From Lingula anatina (taxonomy: Eukaryota > Animalia > Brachiopoda), in the NCBI GenBank assembly GCA_051362555.1, contig CM120641.1, forward strand, positions 48,614,401 through 48,678,400: DNA of 64,000 nt, written 5' to 3'. Shown one piece after another: positions 39,101 through 49,524 of this stretch (its first letter is position 1; each line of letters starts with the position of its first letter). Below the pieces are notes generated by a model that was given only the letters and a program-made list of their open reading frames with translations, did not search any database and was not told where the DNA came from. The position numbers and the translations under genes were made by a program.

Positions 39101-39862
39101 GGGTTTGGGCAAGCTGGCACTGATCAGTATTGCCCTCATTACTTCACCATAGCATTTTAATGTCATGGTTGTAACAATTAAAGCACTCCTACAGAACCAG
39201 GCTAAAGCAGTTCATAGGAAAAAGAAAATTTTCAAAACCATAGCATCATATTAAGCATCTGTTGAATGGCGTTTGGTGAATTATTCAGCTAGCATTTTAT
39301 TGTCTTTCAATTGTTTTTGTACCTGCAAAAACATAGATATTGTGCTTATCATACAAAGAAAAACAATCAGAATTTCCCCTTTAATGCAGTATTTTATCAG
39401 GCACCTGATTAGCAAAAGGTCAGAACTTGTGTGAATCTGGTACAAAGTATTGTGTTTCTTGTTCAACCATGTATCATATCAGACAAAACTGACAAAAACT
39501 GACCCTGTGCTGATGTTTTCATGGACTGGAACTGATCACACTAAACCAATGCCTCCGATTGTTCCTATTACCCATTCAACCTAAATACCCTTTGCAAAAT
39601 AAAACTTCCATAAAATAACAGGCGGGATATTTGATTTTATTTAGAAAGTCAAACAAACAGAGAGGGTTCTTTTATGCCAGTGGCCCAGGAGTAAGAGCAA
39701 ACATGACACTTGAACCTCTTTTTACCTCAGTCAACATGGTCGATGCAGTTGAAGGGAAACTCAAACACAAAATGTCAGCCTCACGCTGTATTGAGCAAGC
39801 TACTTACCTGCCACTAAGGCTGACGCCAAAATAAATGCGAAAATGTGAATTCTGGTTTCCAT
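4324..39862 (-). CDS. Cad87A: Cadherin gene 1: Cad87A-like non-classical cadherin, 35 coding exons, ~1903 aa (signal peptide, 14 EC repeats, membrane-adjacent domain, TM, cytoplasmic tail with C-terminal class I PDZ motif TTDI)
   Basis: Hand-spliced exons, all GT-AG and phase-consistent, sum 5712 nt: 39808-39862, 36271-36339, 35675-35832, 35314-35364, 34651-34740, 34419-34499, 33999-34127, 33752-33871, 33166-33250, 32862-32995, 32201-32410, 31804-31965, 31421-31585, 31074-31141, 30171-30432, 29472-29705, 29138-29210, 26842-27242, 24615-24762, 23317-23577, 22475-22800, 21769-22284, 21236-21433, 20429-20663, 19542-19828, 19011-19250, 18549-18637, 18124-18222, 17632-17700, 11513-11579, 10442-10572, 10128-10168, 9878-9944, 6601-6669, 4324-4645. 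13 DxNDxxP-type linkers = 14 EC repeats; tail motifs YKRKLKAATA, PGTNLHTFEGTNP, SLDDN and TTDI resemble Cad87A-family tails. Orthology is by recognition, not by search. Confidence 0.88.
5852..5897 (-). CDS. Cad87A: Gene 1 putative alternative tail exon (exon 5847-5897): R-RMRRFRPFNISTEL*
   Basis: (ctg)n-cttag acceptor, perfect donor GAG|gtgagt, phase 2 matches 6601 donor, ends in S-T-E-L class I PDZ motif. Confidence 0.68.
6601..6669 (-). CDS. Cad87A: Gene 1 exon, tail (TNPLFGQQMENAW...DAD)
   Basis: 69 nt, phase 2-2. Confidence 0.88.
7970..8054 (-). CDS. Cad87A: Gene 1 putative alternative tail exon: G-MEATDDWYGQNEYAYVNPLKNEGQTRF*
   Basis: Acceptor ttttatttccacacag at 8055, phase 2 matches 9878 donor, 27 open codons then TAG, donor G|gtaaag 1 nt after the stop; ends in class I PDZ-type T-R-F. 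Confidence 0.62.
9878..9944 (-). CDS. Cad87A: Gene 1 exon, tail (VPGTNLHTFEG)
   Basis: 67 nt, phase 1-2. Confidence 0.88.
10128..10168 (-). CDS. Cad87A: Gene 1 exon, juxtamembrane tail (YKRKLKAATAYAY)
   Basis: 41 nt, phase 2-1. Confidence 0.88.
10442..10572 (-). CDS. Cad87A: Gene 1 exon, transmembrane helix (MALLITALVLLLLLLILIGMFF)
   Basis: ORF 10438..10632; 131 nt, phase 0-2. Confidence 0.92.
10835..11076. mobile_element. Degenerate PIF/Harbinger-like MITE
   Basis: TAA flanks, imperfect TIRs, internal inverted ctaaattgc/gcaatttag, shares agatcgatcta motif with 24062 element. Confidence 0.4.
11513..11579 (-). CDS. Cad87A: Gene 1 exon, membrane-adjacent domain end (VLEANLDQLTAFYKRFGVHEVT)
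   Basis: 67 nt, phase 2-0, tttttcag|...|gtaagt. Confidence 0.85.
11789..17198 (-). mobile_element. HINE/DINE-1-like non-autonomous Helentron, copy A (5.4 kb, with internal higher-order duplication)
   Basis: Right end 13-bp-stem hairpin TATGTACAGACAC-atct-GTGTCTGTACATA next to (GACGGC)n microsatellite; left end subterminal ATGTACAGACA plus small hairpin GGCAGC-aaa-GCTGTC; internal 161-bp and ~338-bp tandem arrays; A-run flanks, no TSD. Confidence 0.8.
12345..12580 (-). mobile_element. Short second-family HINE-like element nested in copy A
   Basis: Subterminal inverted repeat CTCTGCCAAGG / CCTTGGCAGAG, terminal hairpin GCACT-ttgag-AGTGC, gacagacaaac microsatellite remnant. Confidence 0.6.
17218..17556. 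mobile_element. Kolobok-like non-autonomous DNA transposon (339 bp)
   Basis: Perfect TIR AGGGATAATAACTCTTCGT / ACGAAGAGTTATTATCCCT, TTAA on both sides, purine (AG) termini. Confidence 0.8.
17632..17700 (-). CDS. Cad87A: Gene 1 exon, membrane-adjacent domain (TDVYVHAI)
   Basis: 69 nt, phase 2-2. Confidence 0.86.
18124..18222 (-). CDS. Cad87A: Gene 1 exon, membrane-adjacent domain (LSNITGAIINVD)
   Basis: 99 nt, phase 2-2. Confidence 0.88.
18549..18637 (-). CDS. Cad87A: Gene 1 exon, membrane-adjacent domain (IYLIGSNQQIKIVL)
   Basis: 89 nt, phase 0-2. Confidence 0.88.
19011..19250 (-). CDS. Cad87A: Gene 1 exon, EC14 (VDRDIGNNS...DKAKVS)
   Basis: ORF 19005..19244; 240 nt. Confidence 0.9.
19542..19828 (-). 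CDS. Cad87A: Gene 1 exon, EC13-14 (LDRE...DVNDNPPTF)
   Basis: ORF 19515..19913; 287 nt, phase 1-0. Confidence 0.92.
20429..20663 (-). CDS. Cad87A: Gene 1 exon, EC12-13 (LDINDHEPTF...ADDED)
   Basis: ORF 20421..20621; 235 nt, phase 0-1. Confidence 0.9.
21236..21433 (-). CDS. Cad87A: Gene 1 exon, EC12 (ATDLDLGENG...LDRE)
   Basis: 198 nt, phase 0-0. Confidence 0.9.
21769..22284 (-). CDS. Cad87A: Gene 1 exon, EC10-12 (DINDESP...DVNDHEP)
   Basis: ORF 21742..22233; 516 nt. Confidence 0.93.
22475..22800 (-). CDS. Cad87A: Gene 1 exon, EC9-10 (LDRE...DTNDNDP...ATDRDDG)
   Basis: ORF 22433..22858; 326 nt, phase 1-0. Confidence 0.92.
23317..23577 (-). CDS. Cad87A: Gene 1 exon, EC8-9 (LLDYNDNPPEF...AKDADQG)
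   Basis: ORF 23033..23569; 261 nt, phase 1-1. Confidence 0.92.
24062..24277. mobile_element. PIF/Harbinger-like MITE
   Basis: Imperfect TIRs (ccagag..agatcgatcta / tagatcgatct..ctctgg), ctag at both flanks. Confidence 0.55.
24293..24582. mobile_element. PIF/Harbinger (Tourist-like) MITE
   Basis: ~80-bp imperfect TIRs (cattcagaata..cccagta..gactaaatatggc..ttcaaaagcaatgc), GGG...CCC termini, 3-bp TSD TGA. Confidence 0.8.
24615..24762 (-). CDS. Cad87A: Gene 1 exon, EC8 (NYQSWFGIHSTNG...LNRE...PQTAT)
   Basis: 148 nt, phase 0-1; second in-frame acceptor 9 nt inside (24753). Confidence 0.85.
24860..26406 (-). mobile_element. HINE/DINE-1-like element, copy B (1.55 kb)
   Basis: Same termini and internal repeat units as copy A. 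Confidence 0.85.
26842..27242 (-). CDS. Cad87A: Gene 1 exon, EC7-8 (FDRET...DVNDEKP...ASDPD)
   Basis: ORF 26650..27153; 401 nt, phase 1-0. Confidence 0.92.
27404..28841 (-). mobile_element. HINE/DINE-1-like element, copy C (1.44 kb)
   Basis: Same termini as A and B; ~420-bp internal deletion relative to B at ~27941; three 161-bp units. Confidence 0.85.
29138..29210 (-). CDS. Cad87A: Gene 1 exon, EC6-7 linker (DENDNDPVF)
   Basis: 73 nt, phase 0-1. Confidence 0.88.
29472..29705 (-). CDS. Cad87A: Gene 1 exon, EC6 (ATDEDSGLNG...ATDWGSPPLS)
   Basis: ORF 29343..29672; 234 nt. Confidence 0.92.
30049..30112. repeat. (TC)n microsatellite
   Basis: Pure dinucleotide run. Confidence 0.95.
30171..30432 (-). 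CDS. Cad87A: Gene 1 exon, EC5-6 (LDFEK...DTNDNTPSF)
   Basis: ORF 30111..30407; 262 nt, phase 2-0. Confidence 0.92.
30584..30867. mobile_element. PIF/Harbinger-like palindromic MITE
   Basis: TIR ggcccagttttataaaggatgtttagcactaacca vs reverse complement ggcccattttaataaagaacgtttagcattaacca; near fully palindromic; 3-bp TSD CAG. Confidence 0.82.
31074..31141 (-). CDS. Cad87A: Gene 1 exon, EC5 (ATDEDTAS)
   Basis: 68 nt, phase 0-2. Confidence 0.88.
31421..31585 (-). CDS. Cad87A: Gene 1 exon, EC4-5 (VLDRNDNAPVF...LENSPNGT)
   Basis: 165 nt, phase 0-0. Confidence 0.9.
31804..31965 (-). CDS. Cad87A: Gene 1 exon, EC4 (GDNGTFELY...VDFEK)
   Basis: 162 nt, phase 0-0. Confidence 0.9.
32201..32410 (-). 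CDS. Cad87A: Gene 1 exon, EC3-4 (VQDVNDETPTF...VTDLDL)
   Basis: 210 nt, phase 0-0. Confidence 0.9.
32470..32628. mobile_element. hAT-like MITE with 5-bp TSD
   Basis: TIR CAGGCCCGTAGCCAG / CTGGCTACGAGCCTG; ATCCC on both sides. Confidence 0.7.
32862..32995 (-). CDS. Cad87A: Gene 1 exon, EC3 (LDRDKPDVIQKGGVFQLTVK)
   Basis: 134 nt, phase 1-0. Confidence 0.9.
33166..33250 (-). CDS. Cad87A: Gene 1 exon, EC3 (AQDGDRG)
   Basis: 85 nt, phase 0-1. Confidence 0.88.
33380..33697. repeat. 26-bp minisatellite, ~12 copies
   Basis: tatgttatactaccttcattgtgctg units. Confidence 0.95.
33752..33871 (-). CDS. Cad87A: Gene 1 exon, EC2-3 linker (VEDTGDQPPVF...IPEDTPV)
   Basis: AG/GT ends, 120 nt. Confidence 0.9.
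33999..34127 (-). CDS. Cad87A: Gene 1 exon, EC2 (FRIDQTTGEV...LDYE)
   Basis: ORF 33954..34166; 129 nt, phase 0-0. Confidence 0.9.
34419..34499 (-). CDS. Cad87A: Gene 1 exon, EC2 (DTPINSS...NATDLDYG)
   Basis: cccttcag|...|gtaagt, 81 nt. Confidence 0.88.
34651..34740 (-). CDS. Cad87A: Gene 1 exon, EC1-2 linker (VNVNDNAPLF...DIPE)
   Basis: AG/GT ends, 90 nt, calcium-binding linker motif. Confidence 0.9.
34781..35033. repeat. 11-bp minisatellite, ~23 copies
   Basis: ctg(a/g)ca(g/a)aca(c/t) units. Confidence 0.92.
35314..35364 (-). CDS. Cad87A: Gene 1 exon, EC1 (TSSQFDVGFTVSDGVNT)
   Basis: tttacag|...|gtaagt, 51 nt, phase 0-0. Confidence 0.85.
35675..35832 (-). CDS. Cad87A: Gene 1 exon, EC1 (ATDSDGD...LNYE)
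   Basis: ORF track 35663..35848; AG/GT ends, phase 1-0. Confidence 0.9.
36271..36339 (-). CDS. Cad87A: Gene 1 exon, start of EC1 (VETNSPPQF...IKEDRPVG)
   Basis: ttccag|...|gtaggt, phase 1-1. Confidence 0.85.
   Translation of the reverse strand, partial: WRQTAPLSSLLPRYWSSRKTGL
39808..39862 (-). CDS. Cad87A: Gene 1 first coding exon (signal peptide METRIHIFAFILASALVA); exon extends as 5'UTR to 39930
   Basis: ATG in gatacc-ATG-G context, hydrophobic core, donor G|gtaagt, phase 1 matches next exon; acceptor tttatttcag at 39931. Confidence 0.8.
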
Positions 39863-40177
39863 GGTATCCAGAAACGATCGCTGCTAATCTACATTACAAC
39901 AGGAAGTTAAAGCTGCTATTACTGCACCATCTGAAATAAATAAAAGATTCTCAGAACATATTCAATGGCATATGTTACACATAAAACATGATAATTTTTA
40001 AGTTTCCATTATTGATTAGTTTCTGCAGGTGAGAAATTAGCAGCTATTGATTACTTCCACTTTTCAACACAGGTGTGTGACTTGATTAATTTTCTTTGTG
40101 CTTTCTTCGAGAGGTCAGGTCAATAGAAAAAAGTCAAGTGGCAGCCAGGAATCAGGCTCTCAAAGGCACATTATGAC

Positions 40178-40355
40178 CTCTCTCTCTCTCTCCATTTCCT
40201 TTCTCTCTCTCTCTCTCCCTCTCTCTCTCAATCTCTATCTCCATTTTTTTCTCTCTCTCTCTCCCTCCCTCTCTCTCTCTCTCCATTTCCTTTCTCTCTC
40301 TCTTTCCATTTCCTTTCTCTCTCTCTCACCATTTCCTCTCTCTCTCTCTCTTACC

Positions 40356-40397
<42 letters not shown>

Positions 40398-40450
40398 CAT
40401 TTCCTCTCTCTCTCTCTTACCATTTCCTCTCTCTCTCTCTCTCTCTCACC

Positions 40451-40491
<41 letters not shown>

Positions 40492-40555
40492 TTCCTCTCT
40501 CTCTCTCTCTCTTACCATTTCCTCTCTCTCTCTCTCTCTCCCTCTCTCTCTCACC

Positions 40556-40595
<40 letters not shown>

Positions 40596-40697
40596 CATTT
40601 CCTCTCTCTCTCTCTCCCTCTCTCTCTCACCATTTCCTCTCTCTCTCTCTCTCTCTCACACCATTTCCTCTCTCTCTCTCTCCCTCTCTCTCTCACC

Positions 40698-40790
<93 letters not shown>

Positions 40791-40803
40791 TCTCTCTCAC
40801 ACC

Positions 40804-40845
<42 letters not shown>

Positions 40846-40881
40846 CATTTCCTCTCTCTCTCTCTCCCTCTCTCTCTCACC

Positions 40882-40980
<99 letters not shown>

Positions 40981-41011
40981 CATTTCCTCTCTCTCTCTCT
41001 CTCTCTCTCTC
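40178..41011. repeat. Compound (CT)n satellite punctuated by accatttc
   Basis: ~830 bp of CT runs of variable length separated by (ac)accatttc. Confidence 0.95.
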
Positions 41012-44000
41012 AAGAAAAAAGTCAGATGGCATAACCGGAACACAATGCATCCCATTAAGAATGGACAGTCTTTATTCTCTTAAACTTAAATAAAATATAA
41101 TTTATAAATGCATTTAAATTTTGTTAAAATATAATTGGGTTTGACAGCTAGAAGAAAAAGATAATTCAATTTAAATCATCAGAACTAATCGTACCAGCTA
41201 GTGTAGCTTTGTACCTTATCTTTGAAGGGTACTGAAGATTTATATATTTTTTGTGTGCAACTTAACAAAAAAAATGCACTGCATCAGAGCCACTTATCTG
41301 TCTTAGTATGCCAAAGATATTAACATGAACTTTTTATTGGTCCCACCTTGACCATAAAATGCTTATCTTTTAATGCACACCTGCATGTTGCAGACGACAC
41401 ATATCAAATTTAATTTCTGCCTTTCAACCACCTCTAAATAACCAAATGTACCTGGCTTTTTTTTCCTTTGAACTTCTTTCACAGAACTAGCCTCAATACC
41501 AGGGTCACTAGCAGAGCCTTAGACCTGGAAAATACAAGATGAAAAACAAACAATTTAATGTCATGTGATACAGCAACAAGTTTGTATGGCAAACATGGCT
41601 GATAAGGCAAGTTTATTAAGCATATAATTTAATATGAAAAGATGTAAATATGTTCAGGTGACTTGTTGTTGATTTACCACCTTTTAAAAAGCGATATAAA
41701 AGTATTAAGTGCCTGTAATTTTTTTCTTCACAAGCATATTATACTATACTATCATTGGTTTGGTATATATTCTTTTCTTAATGCATTAAGCCAATTAGCT
41801 ATTCATTCACTAATTCATCCACCAATTGTAAAATAATAATAATAATAAATGCTTTTCGTTTCTTTAGCCAATGCAAATTATAATAAATATGGTGAAATTT
41901 CTACATGCTAGTGTGAGGCTTGCCATAGAAACCTATCCATAGATTCTGTCTGTCTTTTCAGCTCATCCAACCACATGTAATTTACATATCCTGAGTAATG
42001 CATTCTGCCTTTCACATTAGAATACACGCCATCATAAATAATCAAATGAACTGTCTATATACTCCTTCACCTGACCTGATATCATCAAGTTTTGTTCTGA
42101 TGTCTGAGTTGATCATCAAGGGATATATAATATACATGTAACATATCTGCAGTACAGGTTAATCAGCCTTGCCACATGTCCTCCAGGATTGGTGGCCCAT
42201 CTAACAGAAAAACACCCATTCAGAAAGTAATTTCCTAGATGAACTTCTTGTAACTATCAACATTAGCTGTAAAAACTGTCTAAATCTTTGAAAACAGCAG
42301 CAATTCTCCTCTGTAGGTATGACAAACAAGATACATTATCTATTTCATATTCTCCTCATGTCTCTGCATTACTGCCATAAACCCTGGCATTATCTGATAA
42401 TGTGGCCTATGTCTTTGCTGCTGCTGCTGCCTTCACCACGGTCCAACGCTATTGATGCACTCTACCTGTATCTGGGTGGATATCTTCCATTACCCACTCC
42501 TATCTCATCATCCATGTTGCTTCAGTAAATAACAAGAGGAGGCGTTGACACTGATGTATGACATCAACTGGAAACCACACAACAATGTCACACTCACGGC
42601 TGATGATGATATTAACACGTGCTTTCTGGACCCAATTAATCAAAATTTGATATGCAAACTATAAAATTAGAAAAGTGTCATCGCATTCCAGGACAATACA
42701 CATACTAGTAATGAGAAGTGTCCATTTCTGTGCCGTTTTTTTCTTCTTATGTTTCTGAGATGTATGTTTCAACAGCAGAAATATTTAATACATAAGAGCA
42801 AAAGTGTGCCCTACGTGAGGCTGTCTAGAGGAGATTTTTTAAGCAGTCCCCTTACACCATTTAGAAGAACATTTGACAAAAGTCATCAAATTCTTTCACC
42901 ATTTATTTCTGCGTAGGTCAAAAGTCAGACAAAGAGACCATCAATTCACATGGCACTGCACAACAATGTAAATACACTCTAATAGAACTTATATCAACTG
43001 TAATAATCTCGATTTCAATTTTCTCAAAGCACAAATTAATCACACAACAATTCCCTGGAAATCACCATGTCCCAAAAGAATCATTAACGTTGTATTACCC
43101 AGTAAAAGTAGAAGCCATCAGAATCGACCTGGCCATAAACAATGACATTTGAACTCAGAAGTGAGACAATGGAACTAAAACCATACATCAACTTTAAATA
43201 CCCCTCTATTAAAGGTGTTGATATGGACTGGCAGACATCACTAAGTGAATCTTAACACTCCAGTTTTGTCAGGTAACATAAATATCATCACTTAAAAGTG
43301 TCAGGATAATCACTAGGTTGTTATCTCTGATCAGATGGATACAGTGGGACCATCACAAACCGTGACGCTGTCTTCATAAAGTCTCTGGCCCGGTTAAGTA
43401 CTGGGTCAGTGGAAATATGGTTCATATTCATGTGACAACTATAACACTGCATCCATACAATGAAACACAATTCAATGCAATAGCTTTCTACTAGGAGTAA
43501 CAGATGCTCGTATCAGGCATCTTATCTCCTGTTTGTAAGTCTTTTTTCCATTCCCCACCTTAAATAATTTATCTCCTACTCTGCCGTCCTCAGTGAAACC
43601 AGCTGTCAAAAACTGACACACCAGAGCACTTAGCGCTGACATGATCCCTGATTTTCTATCACTTTGACATATGTATACAATATAATAAACACATTTTAGA
43701 AAGGAAATCAATAATAAATTTCTCTCAAACCTACATGTGCATAAAAAATCTGTCTTCAATCACTTTACATTAGGAGTCTATTCTATATCAAAACTCACCT
43801 TAAACAATAATATGTATATATGTATCACTGCTCTCTTGAAGCACTTTGAAGACAATATCGCCTGATTAAATCACATAATACAATTCACTTTTAACATCCA
43901 CGATAACAAACCATATGTATGTATTATAAAAGGAAATCTATTGACCCCAGCAATGTTCCCACAATCCTGATCCTAGCAGTGCCTTGTCATTATTCAAACT

Positions 44001-47000
44001 TCCAAGCACATGCAATACTAACACATGATCTCCTGTGTAAATGCTGATGAAAGAAAATCAACGCCAAAGGTTTGCTATATCTACATTTGTTGTGTGCCAT
44101 TGCTGATGATTTAAAAGGGTGTAAACTCACAAGGACCTGTTGAGTTTGAATTCCCAAATATATGGGAAGAGGAAAATAAATAAGAAAAGTGTTTTTTTTT
44201 TCAAAAATATTTTCACTTCAGCATCTTATCTAAAAACTTTCTTCCAATTTGTACAATGTTTTATACAATATTCGAACCACTTTCCAAGATAATTTGTTCA
44301 GATTTTTCTGCTTGTTCACAAAAAATTGACTTTAGATTTGATGGCAAAGGAAGCATTTTCCCAGTCAAAATGAGTTAATTTTTATGTTGCCTATATGCAT
44401 TTTATGACTTCCTAATGCCAAATTTTTATATACATGTATAGAGTTGCACTGGTAAAAAAAATAAAACATCAAATTTGAGGTCATGCATGCCAAATGAAAA
44501 TGGTCGGATACAACAATGAAGTTTCATTCAGGAAAACAATCTAGAAGAAATAATTCTTTTGATGCTGTGTTTTGAATGAATGAGAAGGGTGACTAACACC
44601 AGAGGTAGAGAGACATTTGGAAACTTCAGTGAAGTATTCTGTACCAGTAAGTTGTTGCCTTAATTACGTGACTTTTATTTTATTTATATGAACTTCCCGT
44701 TGTAAGAAACAAAAAAAAAATCATTCTATTTGATGTATTGCAGAGTACTAGTAGATACCTGTACCAGAAATTCATACCAAATACAAATCCCACACAGCAT
44801 TATAAAATATAATAATACAAAAATATATATTCATATAAATGTGTACCAAAACTGCATTTAAACAGACTAACTGGTGCAATATGTCCTAAAATATAAAGAT
44901 ATATGGGTGTCTTCATGCTACTTTTATATATTATGGGTAGTTTTCTAACCATAAAAGGTCCAATGTGTACATATCATTCCTATCACAGATCCATTAGAAC
45001 TTGACAAAAAGATGATTCATCAAATATCTGATTGTGTATGAGAATATATGCTAATGTGAATTATGCTGTATAAATCCATTTCACCAGGATATCCATATAA
45101 TTACACAGAGAGATGTGTAAAAATCAGATTATATACATGTGTCAGCCATTCAATTCTCCTTGCACTTAATCAGGACACAATATAGGCATCAGTTTTAAAT
45201 GAGAGTTAGAGACCCTACCCCCTCTTTCTCCCCCACCCCCCAAAGCCATTTTTATCATGTGGCAGACCTCCCAATGAAGTACCAATTAAAAATGATCATC
45301 ACCACTCCATTGCCATCTTTAGTAACTACTATTACACACAAGTGACTACATACCTTTTTCATACCAAACTTTTCACAGAGAGAGAGCACCTGTATGTCTT
45401 TTATGGAGACACTATGCAACAGGTGCCCCTCCCTTTTTTCATCAAAACAAAATTAAGATCACAACAAATAATCTGACATTGAAGCAAAAAAAAAAAAAAA
45501 AAAACCAACTTCCAATTTGAAATCATCCACCCAATTCACTTCTAGTATTACAACAGGATCAAATCTCCATATAATTCACTGATAACATTATAACACATTA
45601 TAAATTATTTAAATAAGCAAACCACTTACAGACAAATGTACACTGAGGACCCTAAATAAATCATTGTAATTTCACTGATTTATTTAACTGCCATACTAGC
45701 TACTTTATATTTAATGCAAGTAGACACCACTCATAATTTATTATTGTTAGAAGCCAGACTGCTGTTTACTTGGGAGATTTGTATTTGTGATTTGCTCAAA
45801 TACTGCATGAAAGACAACCCACATATTTACAAATAAAACCTCAGTTAAATTAACTTTACAAGGCTTTCATTGCAGCACATCTTACTTTCTGATTAACTCC
45901 ACAACACAACAGGTAATTCTTGCACAAAGCTCTCCTCTCTGAGGTAGAAAGACCTTCCTTGCACAGACTGCTCCCCAGGTATTACCCAACTGTACTGTAC
46001 CTCCCAATGAAAGGTACGGCTTCAGTACTCCCTCTGGCTTGCTAGGGGCAGCTATTGATCACCTGTAGTAATCTCCACTACTATATATCTTACATGTATA
46101 TACTGCTGAACAAGTCAGACCAGCCTCATCTCTCTACCCAGTCCAATCAATACTATAGCCAGTAGTTGTAATTGTTTCTGAGCAGCAAGACTTCTCCTGC
46201 TCTCTTGGGTACCGGAATTGAACTTTCTGAAGATCCTGTCCATTAAAAAAGACCTTACTTAGAGTTTTTTCACCTTTTCCTGACAAGCCTCAATATCTCT
46301 TCTTAAGATTTCATTACTCTTCCAAGACTAAAATCAGTCTAAAGGCAGAGTGTTTTCAGTTCATTTACAGAAACAAAAGACTCATACATATATATATATA
46401 ATATATAGCATATGATCAGAACACCAATGGCTTACAGTCTATTAGGCCCCAGTTAAACAAAGATCTTCATACAGTGCTTTTACGACCACAGCCTGCAGCA
46501 AGTTTTTAAAACTGTATTTGTCAAGGCTACGCCATGTGTACCGTTATTTCCCTTGCTACTCAGAGCTGACGCAGGTGCAAAGCACTCTAAAGATTGCTAA
46601 CCACATAAAACTCCACCCCCTGGCATTATATGATAATTATCAAAGGTGAGTAAATGTCACTTAAAATAATGGAAATATGCCATGGTTGCAACTCTATAAA
46701 TCAAATTTATAAGTAAATCAAAGTCAGTTGTTAAGTGAATAATTTTGTTTCATTTAGAACAGAACGTGGTTAAATCTAGTTTTAAGTGGCTGAGTTTGTA
46801 TATCATGCTTTTGTTAAGACCTTTATCACCTTGATTACTTCCTTTCTAAATAAAAAGAAGGTCATGATGTGACTCATTTTATCTAATGGAAAATAAAAAG
46901 ATGAGAACAATCACCAGTGGAGACAGTTTTAAAATTTGAAGATAATAAAAAAGATATTACTTACAAAAACCAAGGATGAAAAGGCAGTTCTTGTTTACAT

Positions 47001-49524
47001 CTCATGTTCTTTTGTTATATTGATAGATAGATTTATTTCCATAATACACAAAATATGCATAAAAATATATGGACAAAACAGAAGGAATGTATATGGACTT
47101 AACCAGAAAAACAAACATCTATTATGCAGCCTTTTTTTAATTCTGCTTCTTCACAAACCTTTTGTATACACTTCCAGATGTCTTGCAGGTAAGGACTAAT
47201 AAAAAAATTTACAAGGTTTCTAAAGTCTACTTGTGGAAATTGGTTTCTATTTGCAGCTGTTTTTGTGCAGAAACAAACTTATTACTAAGTTAGTTGGTTT
47301 CATTTTGCAATCGTGATAGCCAGAAAAACATGCTTATCAATTTTGAAGAATTTTATCATTCTAGTAATAAAATAGGTGGTACTTACAGTTTGCTATATGC
47401 CCCAGAGTTTCTGTCATGCAGATATATAAAACAACCAAGTCATTAACGTTAACAGATCAAAAAATTATACTCCCATAACGTGCTACAGCGCATGCAATAA
47501 TCACATGACAACATGCACTGCTGTGTTAACTTTGCTTTTCGTTCATCTTCCTTGTACTAGTGGGGCTGTCACTTACGTCAGATTAGATGTAATAAACGAA
47601 GCATACCCAAGCAACTAAGGCAGATAAGAAGCCTTCTTGAAAGTCTTATCAAAAGTTTTGCCCTGATTACACTGAAGTTGCAAACAAGGCTGCATGTCTA
47701 TCCTAGGTGGAGGAAATAACAGATAAGCTACGCAAACAATTTTTTTCTTGCGAAAGACACTCTGGTGGAGAAATACCTGACGACAGTACAAGACTGATCC
47801 CTGTATTGTATCTATTATTTACCTGGCTAATTACAAGCACCCTCTAAACTAAGAACTAAGGCAACTTCACAGCTTAGCCAGGTAATTAAGTGTTCCACTA
47901 GAACATTTCCCTGTGGGCCCTTATTGAACATGCCCCTGGTATTGATTGATTTGTTGACTATGTTTATCTACTGATTAAATAAAACCTGCCGCCTATTTAC
48001 TTAGCCATTATTTGGATAGCCTCAATGTTTCCTTGTTCTTTCAAATATTTGGGACAGACTAAGTATACAAAGCTTGGACAATGAGAAGTTTGAGAATGTC
48101 GCCACTCACAAAGAGGGCTAACTCTACTTTCCTATTGTTCATGTGTTATTAAATCTCCATGTATGTATACACATATACAAACTATAAAGATCTTACCAGA
48201 ACAGTGCTTACAACTGGTCAGCCTTGGGACTGCCCATTTTTCCTTTCACTGTTGATTGATCCAAGCTTCATGTGAAAGTGACCGGCCTTGTCCAGACTGT
48301 TATTCCAAACTTCAGAGCCAGTGAAACCCCTCCGGTCTCTTACACAATTACCTCTTTCTAAATTAGATTCATGTGTGTAACTCAATCTTGGATCTCATTT
48401 CTCCATCATTACTTATGTAAATTAATTTAGTGACACCTCCCTAAACAACAGGTGCTATGTGTGGGAGAGATTAACTTCAATCTAACAACTTCCACAGAGC
48501 CCCACTGGGTGGTGAACACACTGGGATACATTGCCACTTACTGTCCATTGTTGGACAACAGTTATAACTCTCCCTACAGGGTATCTCCATTAAGTTTTAT
48601 CCAAGACATGTGCCTATCACATTTACCTGCCTCTTCATATATAAGATTATTGGACCAAGCAGAGAGAACAGGGTGATAGAAGACAGACAGCAGTTTCTCA
48701 GTGATAAATCAATCTTGGAACCAATTAGTACAAATAATTCATGGGATTGATCTTATATTAAGCTGCGCCCATCTGTCACTGGTCACCACTGTGACAGGCA
48801 GAACTGTATACACACTGTACATGTACATATACTGTTCTACTTGGAAGTCCTTCCACTACTAAAGCATACACACCAAGACTTTGTAGTACAACTTACTGAC
48901 ATAATGAGTATTACGTCACTGGTGTAGTCAATATGCTGCAGATATTGAATCCAAAAGACTGTAATTAATTAAGAGGAGTCATATTGCTGGTTATTTGGGG
49001 AAATTACGTGTACAAAACAATTAATGACGGCTGCTTGTTGAACTATAAAATAGGACAAAAGAAGAGTTGACATTCAATTAACAATTGACAGGTAACCAGG
49101 CCTTTCAGCTGCCCATACAAACTTAAAACAAAAATTACTCCCATTTTATGCTGGGGTTTCTATTTTATACATGTACTGTATATATACAGTAATGCTATAG
49201 AAAGGCTTAAAAGATCTCATGTTAAATACACTGTCATTATAAATTTATGCATTCAACTTGATGCTGCATGTGAACTTTAAATATCTGTGTTAACTGTGCT
49301 AAAGTGAACCAAACTATGACTAATTGAAAAATCTGCATGCTACAATACACCTGAAGTCAACAAATTTGTTTAAAATGAAAATGTAATAAATGCTTGCAAA
49401 TCATACCTATGAGAACATATCTACATTATAACAACTGGTTACTTGGGCTAAAAAGGAAAGCTGTTTTTTTCTTTAAAATAAATATGTAATTTTAGCTCTG
49501 AGTCAGTTTCATTTATCTTACAAA

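Noticed and set aside
40178-41011. CRISPR-like repeat/spacer pattern
   Set aside because: Spacers are just CT runs, constant part only 8 nt, eukaryotic intron context, no cas genes
40098-41093. 331-aa S/L-rich ORF and its ER-rich antisense ORF
   Set aside because: Translation artefact of the (CT)n satellite
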